Under the pieces are notes generated by a model. That model had not been told where the DNA came from and did no database searches. It was given only the letters and a program-made list of their open reading frames with translations. From a virus: a DNA stretch of 38,195 nt. Positions within the stretch are counted from its first letter, which is position 1, and every line of letters starts with the position of its first letter. Made by a program: the position numbers and the translations under genes. The DNA lies in UHGV virus genome UHGV-0058093. The stretch is one strand, 5' to 3'. Below, piece by piece: positions 24,996-34,328 of the stretch.

Positions 24996-27593
24996 CTACT
25001 CCTCTAACAATACACATTTAATCTTACCATCAACAATTGGTATTGGTGTTACTGCAAAGCTATCCTTTTCAACATATCCATATAATATCCCAGCCTGCCA
25101 GTTGGGGTCGTCTATATATTCTGGGTTTAAATCACAAAGACAGAAGCTTTCAAACCAAGCTAGATATCTCTCAGGAGTACGGTAATAGTATGCCCCACCT
25201 CTATGGGTATTTTGAGTTACTAATGTTTTCCCCTTACTTCTGACTATTAAAGTCCCATTATCTACTGATACACAACTTACTCGTCCGTTATATGGTACTA
25301 CTGTAACGTTGTCCCTAGTGATACAAGTTAATGGATTAGTGTTTACTGTTAGTATTGAATGGTTTAATCTTTTAAGTTGACTGCTTCTAATACCGTTTTT
25401 ACTAAATATTTCTTGCAATAAATCTAGTTCAGTAGTTTTCTTGCTACTTATTTGATAGCTATTCTTAGCGTCTTTATTTTTATTACCATCAGTAAGAGAA
25501 TATTCATCAAGAATAATTAATGCTTGTTCCTTATTAGCATCCTTTAGAATAGTTGGCAAATGTTTACCAGTAGGGAAGTAAGTGTTTATAATAGGCTTTG
25601 CATATCTAGTCTTAATTCTGATTTTAGTAGTTCCAAATTTTGTTTTTGCCTCACTATAATCATACCCCAACTCATTTAATAACGCTTTTAGGTGGGTTAT
25701 TTTTCTTTCCTTTTTTAAATGAAATCTTACTCCATAGTCCTCTAAACTACCATCTGCTGAGATGTTAACCAATAAACGTATAAAAGCTTCTGATAAATCT
25801 ATTCCTTTTGACTCATTATTCAATGCCCCACACATAAACTTGTAACGCTTACTAGTAGTTGCAAGATACTTAGCATCAAATTCTTCTAGTTTATTACTAT
25901 CCTTATTAAAGCCTAACAATCCGTGCTTATCGGTAACCATTATATCGACAACTGTAGATTTTATATGGTACAGTTCTTTATAATTATCATAAACAAACTT
26001 GTCGTTTACTTTGTTAAATTCAAAGGCTTGAGTATCTTTATTGATAGTCCCTACAGTGTCTCCGATATTAACATCAATAATAGGCACCCACCCAGTTGGT
26101 GTTAATACTTCAACATCCTCTGAAAAACAATGCGAACTAATACCACTACTGTCGTGCTTTTCCAGTTCTCCACGTGCTGTATATGCTGAGAACTTCCTAA
26201 CCATATCACCGTGGATAATCTTAAGACTCCCTAGTTTAAAACCTTTGTCTTTATATTCGATATTAAATTTATCTAACCCTAAAAGATTAGGAAGCTTTAG
26301 TGCGTCAAGACTATACAGCTCAGGATGTTTCTTAAGATAGCGTTCTAGCCTTGAACAATTACCAGTGATAGCCACCTTTCCGTCTATCCTAGTTATTAAT
26401 GTTCCATTTTTTGTAGTCAGGCAATAACTGTAATTGTTATAACTAATCTTTTTTATTGATTGTTGTTGTCTTCCATATTTGTAATTAGTTTGAAACATTA
26501 ATGTTTTAGTTCTATTTTTACCATTAAAGCCACTTGTGGACTCTACTTTAATTTTAGTTGCATAACCGTTTTTAATACAAACCTCTTGAAGAATATCTAA
26601 GTCATTATCGTTTACACTATAGAAATAATTTCTTTGGTCTTTTTTAGAACCATCAGTTATTACAATAGTATTAATGAATGCTTCAAAATGTTCACCTGTT
26701 AGGTTTTTAAATTCTTGTGGAAATTGTTTCTTGCCATTTAGTAGATTGAATATTACTCTTGCATCCTCTCCGTAAATTCTAATATAATAAGGTTGTAATT
26801 TATTGACACCATATTTCTTGCAAAGTCTAAAGGTATATTTAATATTCATCTCTTCAAGTAAATCCTTGAGTGCTTCTATTTTTCTAGGCTTGCTTAATTT
26901 AAATTGTATTCTCTTCTTTCTATCACTATAATTTACAATACATCCATCTGTTACAACCCAAGTTAATAATCGGACTTCGTTGACAGAGAGCTTACCATTA
27001 TAAGGGATTAGAGTATTTGAACACGGCTTTATTAAATGGGCAAGATTTTTTGTCTGCTCATTATATATATCTTTAGCTAATACTTTTTCATCTCCTAATA
27101 AGACTTGATGCCTATCAGATACTACTTGTTTACTCATTCTAGTTTCTATCTCAATCATCTCTTTTTGGTATGATTTAATATAATCCTGAATAGTATCAGT
27201 AACAACACAATCTCTTTGGATATCGTAATTTAATAAAGTAACTTTCCTGCGCTGTTCAACAATATCTTTAACATTAACCCACCCATCAGTTGTTAATATA
27301 TCAGTTCTTTTATCTAAGCAATGATTCCCTTTTACAAAGACTATACGTGCATTTGGGGCAAGTTGGCGTAGTTTCTTAAAGAACTTTTGAGCCATATCTA
27401 TCTCTTTCTGTAAGCTATTAATTCTAGCAGGGTCTTTATCAAAAGAACTTACATCATAGAAATCTAAGATATCTCCGTTAAGAATTATTGTATCAATTGG
27501 ATGTTGTTCTAAGAATTCATAAACAGCCTTTAAAGCTTTATCATCTTGATAAGGAAAGTGTATATCACTTAGTACTATAAACTTATTCTTCAT
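24996..27593 (-). CDS. Calcineurin-like metallophosphoesterase interrupted by two inteins (spliced product about 237 aa)
   Basis: SDIH, GDILD, GNH|C, IIHG and SH|TH motifs are restored once both inteins are removed. Confidence 0.92.
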   Translation of the reverse strand: MKNKFIVLSDIHFPYQDDKALKAVYEFLEQHPIDTIILNGDILDFYDVSSFDKDPARINSLQKEIDMAQKFFKKLRQLAPNARIVFVKGNHCLDKRTDILTTDGWVNVKDIVEQRRKVTLLNYDIQRDCVVTDTIQDYIKSYQKEMIEIETRMSKQVVSDRHQVLLGDEKVLAKDIYNEQTKNLAHLIKPCSNTLIPYNGKLSVNEVRLLTWVVTDGCIVNYSDRKKRIQFKLSKPRKIEALKDLLEEMNIKYTFRLCKKYGVNKLQPYYIRIYGEDARVIFNLLNGKKQFPQEFKNLTGEHFEAFINTIVITDGSKKDQRNYFYSVNDNDLDILQEVCIKNGYATKIKVESTSGFNGKNRTKTLMFQTNYKYGRQQQSIKKISYNNYSYCLTTKNGTLITRIDGKVAITGNCSRLERYLKKHPELYSLDALKLPNLLGLDKFNIEYKDKGFKLGSLKIIHGDMVRKFSAYTARGELEKHDSSGISSHCFSEDVEVLTPTGWVPIIDVNIGDTVGTINKDTQAFEFNKVNDKFVYDNYKELYHIKSTVVDIMVTDKHGLLGFNKDSNKLEEFDAKYLATTSKRYKFMCGALNNESKGIDLSEAFIRLLVNISADGSLEDYGVRFHLKKERKITHLKALLNELGYDYSEAKTKFGTTKIRIKTRYAKPIINTYFPTGKHLPTILKDANKEQALIILDEYSLTDGNKNKDAKNSYQISSKKTTELDLLQEIFSKNGIRSSQLKRLNHSILTVNTNPLTCITRDNVTVVPYNGRVSCVSVDNGTLIVRSKGKTLVTQNTHRGGAYYYRTPERYLAWFESFCLCDLNPEYIDDPNWQAGILYGYVEKDSFAVTPIPIVDGKIKCVLLEE
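25209..26129 (-). mobile_element. Intein 2 (307 aa) with LAGLIDADG endonuclease
   Basis: Starts CFSEDVEVLTPTGW; block B VTDKH; LVNISADGS and EYSLTDGN; ends VTQN with +1 Thr. Confidence 0.92.
26358..27320 (-). mobile_element. Intein 1 (321 aa) with LAGLIDADG endonuclease
   Basis: Starts CLDKRTDILTTDGW; block B VSDRH; LTWVVTDGC and TIVITDGS; ends ITGN with +1 Cys. Confidence 0.92.
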
Positions 27594-27822
27594 TATTCAA
27601 TCTCCTATTAGTTTCATCTACTATATCTTTCCAATAAGGGTCTATTTCTACTGGGGTATAACAAGAATAAATCCCTTTATTACATTGTGACTTACCAATA
27701 CCTCCCCACGTAACAATTAGTTTATTTATTTCACAATCTATACACGAACCATATTCCATTGTTCCATCAGGATGACTTTTATACATCCACGTTATTCTTC
27801 TAAAATGTTTACAACGTCTCAT
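27583..27822 (-). CDS. Cys-rich hypothetical protein
   Basis: Overlaps both neighbours in a coupled arrangement. Confidence 0.6.
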   Translation of the reverse strand: MRRCKHFRRITWMYKSHPDGTMEYGSCIDCEINKLIVTWGGIGKSQCNKGIYSCYTPVEIDPYWKDIVDETNRRLNNEE

Positions 27823-29126
27823 TCCTTAACCTCTATAAACTCTGTAACGCTACCATTAAAGTAATAGGGTATAACTCTACAAGCGCCTTCTCTATTCTTT
27901 AGTACAATGACTTCTGCTGTACCTTTGTTATGTGGGTTATATATCTCATCTCTATATAATCCTATTACTACATCTGCGTCTTGTTCTAAGTCTCCACTCT
28001 CTTTTAAGTCAGATAGGATAGGTCTCTTATCTGGTCTAGCTTCTAATGCTCGGGATAATTGTGCTAGTGCTATAATAGGTACATCGTATTTTAAAGCTAA
28101 ACGTTTTAGACCTGTTGATATCTCCCCTACTTTCTCCCTCTTATCTTGTTGGTATCTATTATCTGATTGCATTAATTGGATATAATCTATAACAACTAAA
28201 TCACAACTCCCCTTGTCCTGTTGTATTTTAATTATATTTTTCTCTACTGTTGATAGAGTACACTTAATATTATCATCTATAAATAAATTTAAATTAGTTA
28301 TACTATCACCAACACTGGCTATTTTGTCAAACAATATATCATCTTTAACGTTAGCATTACTAATCATATCGTTATTAATCTTAGCTCTCCTGAATACACT
28401 ACGCTTAGTATATTGCGATACCTTCATCTCTAAAGAATGGAATAATACATTATGGTCTTGTGCTACATATTCTGCTATCTGTTGTACTATTGATGATTTG
28501 CCCAACCTCGGTCTTGCTCCTATGATGTATAGTCTACCCTTGCATAATCCTGAAATGGTTTTGTCTAGCTTAGGAAATCCGGTAGAGAGACCAAAGATTT
28601 TATCTTTAGAGTATACAACCTTCTCAACCTCATCTATAACATCCATAAATCCTGACGCTAAACTATTAAGATTAGTAGTAGTTTTAGATAATAGTTTAGT
28701 AGTGATAGTATTTTCTATATATTTCAATACATCATCTACGTCTTCTTGTTTTTCTAATAATCCTTCACATTCCTTTAAGATAGAACTAAGAAATCTTTTC
28801 TTGCTGTACTTAATTATAATCTTAATTAATTGTTTATAGTTAGCTACAGTAATTATGTTATCAATTAATTCTTGTAACTTTTCCTTACCGCCTGATTGTT
28901 CCAACTGTTCGGAAAATCTTAATTGTTCAGTAAGAGTAACTATATCTACTTGCTTACCCTTCTTTGCAAGGACTTGAATGTTTTCAAATATAGTTCTTAG
29001 TTGTCTATCAAAGAAGTCTTGTGGAGATAACTCATTAACTATTATACCTAACTTCTCTTGTGAGGTTAAGCATATAGCTATTATATTTTCTTCTGCTTCT
29101 TTATTATATAGTGTATCTATTTCCAT
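27819..29126 (-). CDS. dnaB: Replicative DnaB-like helicase
   Basis: EAEENII N-domain; GARPRLGKS; HSLEM; VVIDYIQL; LAQLSR; RPILSDLKESGDLEQDAD; KNREG. Likely start is MEIDTLY at 29126. Confidence 0.95.
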   Translation of the reverse strand: MEIDTLYNKEAEENIIAICLTSQEKLGIIVNELSPQDFFDRQLRTIFENIQVLAKKGKQVDIVTLTEQLRFSEQLEQSGGKEKLQELIDNIITVANYKQLIKIIIKYSKKRFLSSILKECEGLLEKQEDVDDVLKYIENTITTKLLSKTTTNLNSLASGFMDVIDEVEKVVYSKDKIFGLSTGFPKLDKTISGLCKGRLYIIGARPRLGKSSIVQQIAEYVAQDHNVLFHSLEMKVSQYTKRSVFRRAKINNDMISNANVKDDILFDKIASVGDSITNLNLFIDDNIKCTLSTVEKNIIKIQQDKGSCDLVVIDYIQLMQSDNRYQQDKREKVGEISTGLKRLALKYDVPIIALAQLSRALEARPDKRPILSDLKESGDLEQDADVVIGLYRDEIYNPHNKGTAEVIVLKNREGACRVIPYYFNGSVTEFIEVKE

Positions 29127-29127
29127 A

Positions 29128-29445
29128 TTAATATTCCCAGTTTGTTTTTCTAATAGTTTGTTTAACATATCTACCAAAATATTTACAAATATTAATAAAG
29201 TTAATCAGTTGGATTAAGAATGTTCTTTTATCAGCAAACTTAAACTCAACACTTTCACATAATAATTGTGAAATTGTAAATTTAACACCACATATTTTCG
29301 GTAAAGAAAGTTCAAATAACTTTATAAAATTGTTATTGTTATCTTCAAAGTCGGGATATATTTCAATGTCATTTAATTCATAGTCTTGTATTATTTCGGG
29401 TTTAACTCCGCAAACATTACATAGCTGCTGTGATAGGTTAATCAT
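29128..29445 (-). CDS. Hypothetical protein
   Basis: Fits the operon; RBS AGGAG. Confidence 0.6.
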   Translation of the reverse strand: MINLSQQLCNVCGVKPEIIQDYELNDIEIYPDFEDNNNNFIKLFELSLPKICGVKFTISQLLCESVEFKFADKRTFLIQLINFINICKYFGRYVKQTIRKTNWEY

Positions 29446-29448
29446 TAT

Positions 29449-30012
29449 CTATTCTCCTATAATTAAATTAGGGTACTGTACTAATAAGAACTCTACTTCT
29501 GGATTGTTTATTCTAAGGGGGCTAGGAAGCTCATTAATATATCTTTGTGCCTGCTCCTCATTACTTATATCCTGAAAGCATAAAGTCTTGTTTACGAGGC
29601 TTGTAGCAGCCTGAGGATTTTCTTCTTCAAATCTTTTAGCAACCCAACCTTTAGTTAGTCTATAGTAATGGGAAATTTTATTATATTCTTTTAATCTTTG
29701 TCTAGCTACCAACTCATATGGAGCCTTTTCTTCTAGGTAAACTATGTAATCATATAGTATCTCTATTGTGCGGTGGAAATATAAATCACCTAGTTCTTCT
29801 AATATCCTTTGATATTCCTTAGAAGTAAGTCTTACCTTCCCATTCACATCCTGAATACCTTGTCGGTTAAACTTTAAACATCTAGCTCTATGGATATCAA
29901 ATCTTTCTAGTAATATCTGGTATGCTTCCTTAGCATTCTTTTCTGATAAGGTACTAACATAAGCTATTAATGTTTCTTTAGCTGTTAGTTTAGCTGGCTT
30001 AATCTTTTTCAT
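29449..30012 (-). CDS. Replication-initiator C-terminal-domain-like protein (paralog of 31977-32534)
   Basis: KVRLTSKEYQRILEELG...ILYDYI...SHYYRLTKGWV pattern. Confidence 0.5.
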   Translation of the reverse strand: MKKIKPAKLTAKETLIAYVSTLSEKNAKEAYQILLERFDIHRARCLKFNRQGIQDVNGKVRLTSKEYQRILEELGDLYFHRTIEILYDYIVYLEEKAPYELVARQRLKEYNKISHYYRLTKGWVAKRFEEENPQAATSLVNKTLCFQDISNEEQAQRYINELPSPLRINNPEVEFLLVQYPNLIIGE

Positions 30013-30319
30013 ATTCTATTATTCCTATATCATCTTGTATTTCTATTACTTCTAATATCTTTTCTATTGTAGTACCATCATCTTGTTCTACCCACATATT
30101 GTCTCCAACCTTAACAAAGAACTCATCAGGATAACAAACTTCTACTGTTTTATCTTCTACTTCAAACCATTCATCATCCATCATTCCTTCTATTGGGGCT
30201 GGGGAACTGTGAAGATAACCATATCCTGTTACTAAAGTATTAATTGTTTCAGTTTTATTATTGGATAGTTCAGCTATTAAGGTTGCTAATCCTTTTATCT
30301 TAACGTAATGTTTACTCAT
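29999..30319 (-). CDS. Acidic hypothetical protein
   Basis: RBS GAAAGGA. Confidence 0.6.
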   Translation of the reverse strand: MSKHYVKIKGLATLIAELSNNKTETINTLVTGYGYLHSSPAPIEGMMDDEWFEVEDKTVEVCYPDEFFVKVGDNMWVEQDDGTTIEKILEVIEIQDDIGIIEYEKD

Positions 30320-30336
30320 CGTTACCGTCCTTTCGC

Positions 30337-30843
30337 TTAGTCGATTATGTCGAGAATAGTTTTTGCAATTCTTCTAACATAATCTTCACCATCCAGAATT
30401 TGTTCACAAATTCCAGCAATATCACTTAGTTTGTTTTCAAGCTTTCTGTTCTCTATAGTTAGTCTTATAGACTTTTTCGCAAGCTCCGTGTCCAAGCCTT
30501 TAAAGTATTCATCCTGATTTGTAAAATTAAAATTATTTTCTGTCATTTCTAACTCCTCTAAGGCTTGTATTGATATCTTAAGTTTTTTCTCTAAATCTTT
30601 AATTACTTCTCGTTGCTCTTGTATATATTCAACTTTAAATTTCAATTCAGTATGCAGCTCCTCGCATTCCTGCGTCTTGCGGGCAAGTTGTTTGTAATAA
30701 CAATTATGTCTGTTTTTGCATGATGAAATTATATGTGTGTCTTCTTCACAATTACAAGCGTAACCGTAGAGCTGATTAACTATTAATTTATCACATTTAC
30801 TTACATCCACGCCGTTTATTATTATCTGTTCTTTATCTGTCAT
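30337..30843 (-). CDS. Hypothetical protein with Cys-rich N-terminus and coiled coil
   Basis: IIINGVDVSKC...CYYKQLARKTQECEEL. Confidence 0.65.
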   Translation of the reverse strand: MTDKEQIIINGVDVSKCDKLIVNQLYGYACNCEEDTHIISSCKNRHNCYYKQLARKTQECEELHTELKFKVEYIQEQREVIKDLEKKLKISIQALEELEMTENNFNFTNQDEYFKGLDTELAKKSIRLTIENRKLENKLSDIAGICEQILDGEDYVRRIAKTILDIID

Positions 30844-31387
30844 ACATCACCTCTATCTTTCTAATATTCTTTACTCTACTAATTGTACTAGGATGGGTTA
30901 GTGTTTGTTTACCTATAAATTTTTCAGGTACTATTCTTAATAACCCTTCATCTAATTTACTAGGATGACCTTTTGATAAAAGTAAATGAGTAGCTAATGT
31001 ATCTGCTTCTATCTCATTATATACTTTATGATTTTTAAATTCCCACATAGATATAGGTAATCTTTTATTTAATAACTCTCTTGTACGTTGAGGATGTTGA
31101 AGTAGTATATGTGCTAGTTCGTGATATAAGATACTTCTTAATTCATCCTTAGATAATCTTTCAAGTATTCCTGTATAGATAAAGATAGTTACTCCATCTG
31201 TATAAGCATTAAGTTCATTTCCTTTTATTGTTTTAAATAAACATACTCTTTGATTTTCTATACAAGTATTACTAACATCCTTTAATACTTCTATTTGTTC
31301 TTCTTCTGTAGCACTGAATGCTGTTAGTGTAACAGAAAAAGATAATATAAATCCTATTAATAATGCTTTTAATAATCTACTTATCAT
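30833..31387 (-). CDS. M48-family zinc metallopeptidase with signal peptide
   Basis: NAY...IFIYTGILERLSKDELRSILYHELAH...EIEAD...THPSTISR. Start MISRLLKALL at 31387 has an ATGA overlap and ends in AFSA. Confidence 0.85.
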   Translation of the reverse strand: MISRLLKALLIGFILSFSVTLTAFSATEEEQIEVLKDVSNTCIENQRVCLFKTIKGNELNAYTDGVTIFIYTGILERLSKDELRSILYHELAHILLQHPQRTRELLNKRLPISMWEFKNHKVYNEIEADTLATHLLLSKGHPSKLDEGLLRIVPEKFIGKQTLTHPSTISRVKNIRKIEVMYDR

Positions 31388-31767
31388 AACATATCCTCTG
31401 TATCTACTGGGTTTAAACCATTCCCATTCTTGTAATACTTCATCCAATCTTCTTTATAAATTAAATCTACTTGTGTTATTCTTTCACTACAATTATATTT
31501 CTTATTATATATACTATCTGTTCTACCTACTATAAATATATTATCACCTACATCTATTTCAGCTAGTACATAATTAATTAGTTGTCCTTTAATAAAACAT
31601 CTTACTGTTGCGTCTGTTAGTTTAATTCCTGATGGACTTGTAGTATGACGTACCATTATCTTTGTTTTACCAGTGATAATCATAAAAGGTCTCTCATTCA
31701 TTGAAAAGTCTGTTATTTCTTTTACAGTTAAATGGAGGTATTCGTTGCTCCCCTGACTTATGTACAT
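31384..31767 (-). CDS. SSB-like OB-fold protein
   Basis: VRCFIKGQLINYVLAEIDVGDNIFIVGR resembles the SSB core; acidic tail DTEDML. Confidence 0.5.
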   Translation of the reverse strand: MYISQGSNEYLHLTVKEITDFSMNERPFMIITGKTKIMVRHTTSPSGIKLTDATVRCFIKGQLINYVLAEIDVGDNIFIVGRTDSIYNKKYNCSERITQVDLIYKEDWMKYYKNGNGLNPVDTEDML

Positions 31768-31976
31768 CCTTCCTCCAGTTCTCTTCTGCTTTATTTATTT
31801 CCTTTGTTTTATATTTACATAATAAAACATACTTACAACCTTATTATATAACTTAATTAAGAACTCCAAAACATCTACTCTTATATTTACTCTATCAATT
31901 CTTTGTGCTATATATACCAATAACAATAAATTATAAATAGTCACAACCGTAGATATTATCATCATATATAACATTA

Positions 31977-32534
31977 TTATATCTCCTGTATATTAAACTT
32001 ATCTCTAAGGTACTTACATCCTTCATCTACACTCCGTAAATAATACGGAGTACCCATTATGTATTGAATTGCTTTTTGTCTATCTTCTATTATCTTATAA
32101 TCCACTTGCGTTGCAGCTCTGATAATGTTATCAGTATATTCAGATATCCTTTCCTTCATAGCTAGGTTGATACCCCATTCTTTTAGTTTTTTATATGGGT
32201 TCTTGAATGTTCTACCTGTCTTAGCTATAAGTTTATCCAACAATACGCAAGCATTACTTGTAATCTCAAATCCATATTCTTTAATCAAACCATTATATTG
32301 TTTATTAGTAATCATAAAGTTTTCAAACTTCGTATATCCTGTTGTAAGTTTTATTTGCTTGTATTCTTTTAGTTGCTCTTTAGTTAGTGACTTAATTGCT
32401 ATCTTTTCTTTTCTTTCAAGATGGTTAAGTATCTCATTAAGATTATTAAACACAATCATCAACATATATCTATTGACTAGGAGTTCGTGTACGATGTTTA
32501 TTCTAGTATATAGTTCTTTATATCCATTACTCAT
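31977..32534 (-). CDS. Replication-initiator C-terminal-domain-like protein (paralog of 29449-30012)
   Basis: FENFMITNKQYNGLIKEYG...LLDKLIAKTGRTFKNPYKKLKEW. Confidence 0.5.
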   Translation of the reverse strand: MSNGYKELYTRINIVHELLVNRYMLMIVFNNLNEILNHLERKEKIAIKSLTKEQLKEYKQIKLTTGYTKFENFMITNKQYNGLIKEYGFEITSNACVLLDKLIAKTGRTFKNPYKKLKEWGINLAMKERISEYTDNIIRAATQVDYKIIEDRQKAIQYIMGTPYYLRSVDEGCKYLRDKFNIQEI

Positions 32535-32817
32535 CTAATACAACCTTTGTTCCTTTAACTATTATCTTGCCTTCTTTTTTTTGTATCTCTATCAATCCCA
32601 TCTTCTGTAGTTTATTTAATGCTTTCCATAATCCTGATTTACTTTCATATCCAAAGTAATCATAGTCTGTTGAATAACCAGTAAATACTACATAATCTAT
32701 TACTCCATAGTACACATCTATAAACTCTGATAAGAGTTGTTCATATAACCTTAATAATCTAGGTCTCTTCATTAGTTCTATAAATTTTAGTATTGGTAAT
32801 TCTATTGCACTGTACAT
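32527..32817 (-). CDS. Winged-helix DNA-binding protein
   Basis: FGYESKSGLWKALNKLQKMGLIEIQK. Confidence 0.65.
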   Translation of the reverse strand: MYSAIELPILKFIELMKRPRLLRLYEQLLSEFIDVYYGVIDYVVFTGYSTDYDYFGYESKSGLWKALNKLQKMGLIEIQKKEGKIIVKGTKVVLDE

Positions 32818-33014
32818 AATATCTTCCTTGCTATTTTTTGTATAAACTGTTTTGCTCTATCATCAGATACTTCTATATACTTTGTAGGTTTATCGTTCAC
32901 CATTAAGGAAAAGGTTTTAGTATAAGTATCGTAATTTAATAACTTGTAATCATTAGCAATCCAACACGTTGTATAAGAATTAGTATCATAACTACCGTAT
33001 AAATTAAATCTCAT
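32802..33014 (-). CDS. Hypothetical protein
   Basis: RBS AAGGAGG. Confidence 0.6.
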   Translation of the reverse strand: MRFNLYGSYDTNSYTTCWIANDYKLLNYDTYTKTFSLMVNDKPTKYIEVSDDRAKQFIQKIARKILCTVQ

Positions 33015-33091
33015 TTGAAGTTTCCTCCTTTTTACTGTACGGTAAATTTCATATTGATTTATTACCCTTAAAACTCTTTTATTACCGAGCG

Positions 33092-33136
33092 GTAAAAGAA
33101 AATAGGCTGGTCTTATGGACTGTTTCCTGCCAGCCC
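33092..33136 (-). terminator. Terminator/attenuator hairpin after the GNAT gene
   Basis: Minus strand GGCTGG...CCAGCC followed by TATTTTCTTTT. Confidence 0.5.
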
Positions 33137-33151
33137 TTACCTTCCCCCCTC

Positions 33152-33688
33152 TTATTTAATTATCAATCCATACACTAACTCATCATACAACTTCGGATTA
33201 TTATTCTTATCTAAGTAAACTAAGTTTTCTTTCATTGTACCTTCGTGTTGAAATCCTAAGTCTTTAAGTAGTTTAATTATACCATATCCACATTGAGGTA
33301 CTGTTGCGATAAACTTCCTGATATTGAAATTAAGAACTGCATAATCCTTGAAGTATTTCATTATCTCTCTTGATTGTTTACCCCAGAATTGTTTAGGTAT
33401 TATAGCGTGTACTTTGCAAGTTATTACCTGACCTTTATATTTCCACATATCACCGAGTGAAAATACTCCACATATATTATTATCATTATTTAATACAACG
33501 AACACATTAGTAGAACGTATTAAATCTTCAAGGTAATTTCCTAGTGTTACTCCACTATCCTGACAAGTTAGGTCTAGTATCTTATTCCTTTGCTCATCAT
33601 ATATATTATAGATAGCTTCTATCTCTGTTTGATAAGCTCTATCCCATTTAATAGGTACCACCGTGTACTCTGTTATTAAACTTTCCAT
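33152..33688 (-). CDS. GNAT (RimL-like) acetyltransferase
   Basis: KQFWGK motif A; IKLLKDLGFQHEGTMKE. Confidence 0.8.
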   Translation of the reverse strand: MESLITEYTVVPIKWDRAYQTEIEAIYNIYDEQRNKILDLTCQDSGVTLGNYLEDLIRSTNVFVVLNNDNNICGVFSLGDMWKYKGQVITCKVHAIIPKQFWGKQSREIMKYFKDYAVLNFNIRKFIATVPQCGYGIIKLLKDLGFQHEGTMKENLVYLDKNNNPKLYDELVYGLIIK

Positions 33689-33747
33689 CTATTACTTTCC
33701 TTTTCTTTTCACAAAAGATACATAGCTTATTGTTTAAAGTTATTGTT

Positions 33748-34029
33748 TTAATTTTTCTTACCTCTCTTATTCTCTAATATAAAAGATGTTACCCAAGGGC
33801 CTAAAAAGAACGCATAATCCGCAGGGTCTAATCCTCTAGCTTTAATTGTATCCATAAATACTTGATACACATCTAATCTTTCATTAATAAATTCTTCTGG
33901 AGTAGGTAGTGGAGGTGGTGGAGTTTGTTGTTGATATCCTCCCTGTTGTTGGTATCCACCTTGCTGTTGTTGATAACCTGCTTGTTGTTGTCCATAACCT
34001 TGATTGTTTTTTCTGTAACCGTATGCCAT
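33748..34029 (-). CDS. Hypothetical protein with (GGYQQQ)n low-complexity N-terminus and polyproline linker
   Basis: Translation; RBS GGAGG. Confidence 0.7.
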   Translation of the reverse strand: MAYGYRKNNQGYGQQQAGYQQQQGGYQQQGGYQQQTPPPPLPTPEEFINERLDVYQVFMDTIKARGLDPADYAFFLGPWVTSFILENKRGKKN

Positions 34030-34328
34030 TACTTGTCCTCCTTTGTTTCTTTAATTAGTTTGTTTAACTTCTCTATATTTTTTATGCGCTGTTTGATTAA
34101 GTAATCTATAAAATTTATTACATCTGGGTTACCTTTTATATCGACACTATAATAAAACCCTACGGTAAAAGATGGTTCGTATTCATATATAACGTATTCA
34201 TTGTACTTACTTTTATACAATTCTCTATACTCAATATTATATTCATCTAATAAATTGGTAATAAAGGTTTTATATACTGGTTCGTAATCACCAAGATGGT
34301 ATTTATATTCTTTTTCCTTCTCAGCCAT
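34029..34328 (-). CDS. Hypothetical protein
   Basis: Coupled to both neighbours. Confidence 0.6.
   Translation of the reverse strand: MAEKEKEYKYHLGDYEPVYKTFITNLLDEYNIEYRELYKSKYNEYVIYEYEPSFTVGFYYSVDIKGNPDVINFIDYLIKQRIKNIEKLNKLIKETKEDK

Noticed and set aside
27907..29217. Antisense ORFs over dnaB, and similar ones at 360, 4490, 5502, 8065, 8087, 14496, 18093, 19312, 19692, 20113, 21020, 22334, 23029, 25037, 25923, 26041 and 32125
   Set aside because: Shadow frames of well-supported genes on the opposite strand, with no RBS or motifs.
30337..30843. Host assignment to gut Melainabacteria (Gastranaerophilales) from the GVDVSKC...YKQLARKTQECE protein
   Set aside because: Based only on unverified recollection of similar proteins; needs a database search or spacer match.
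33100..33150. Cobalamin riboswitch B12-box resemblance (GGGAAGG...AGTCCATAAGACCAGCC, minus strand)
   Set aside because: The 5' half of the aptamer is absent because the GNAT ORF occupies that position, and CCAGCC pairs locally.
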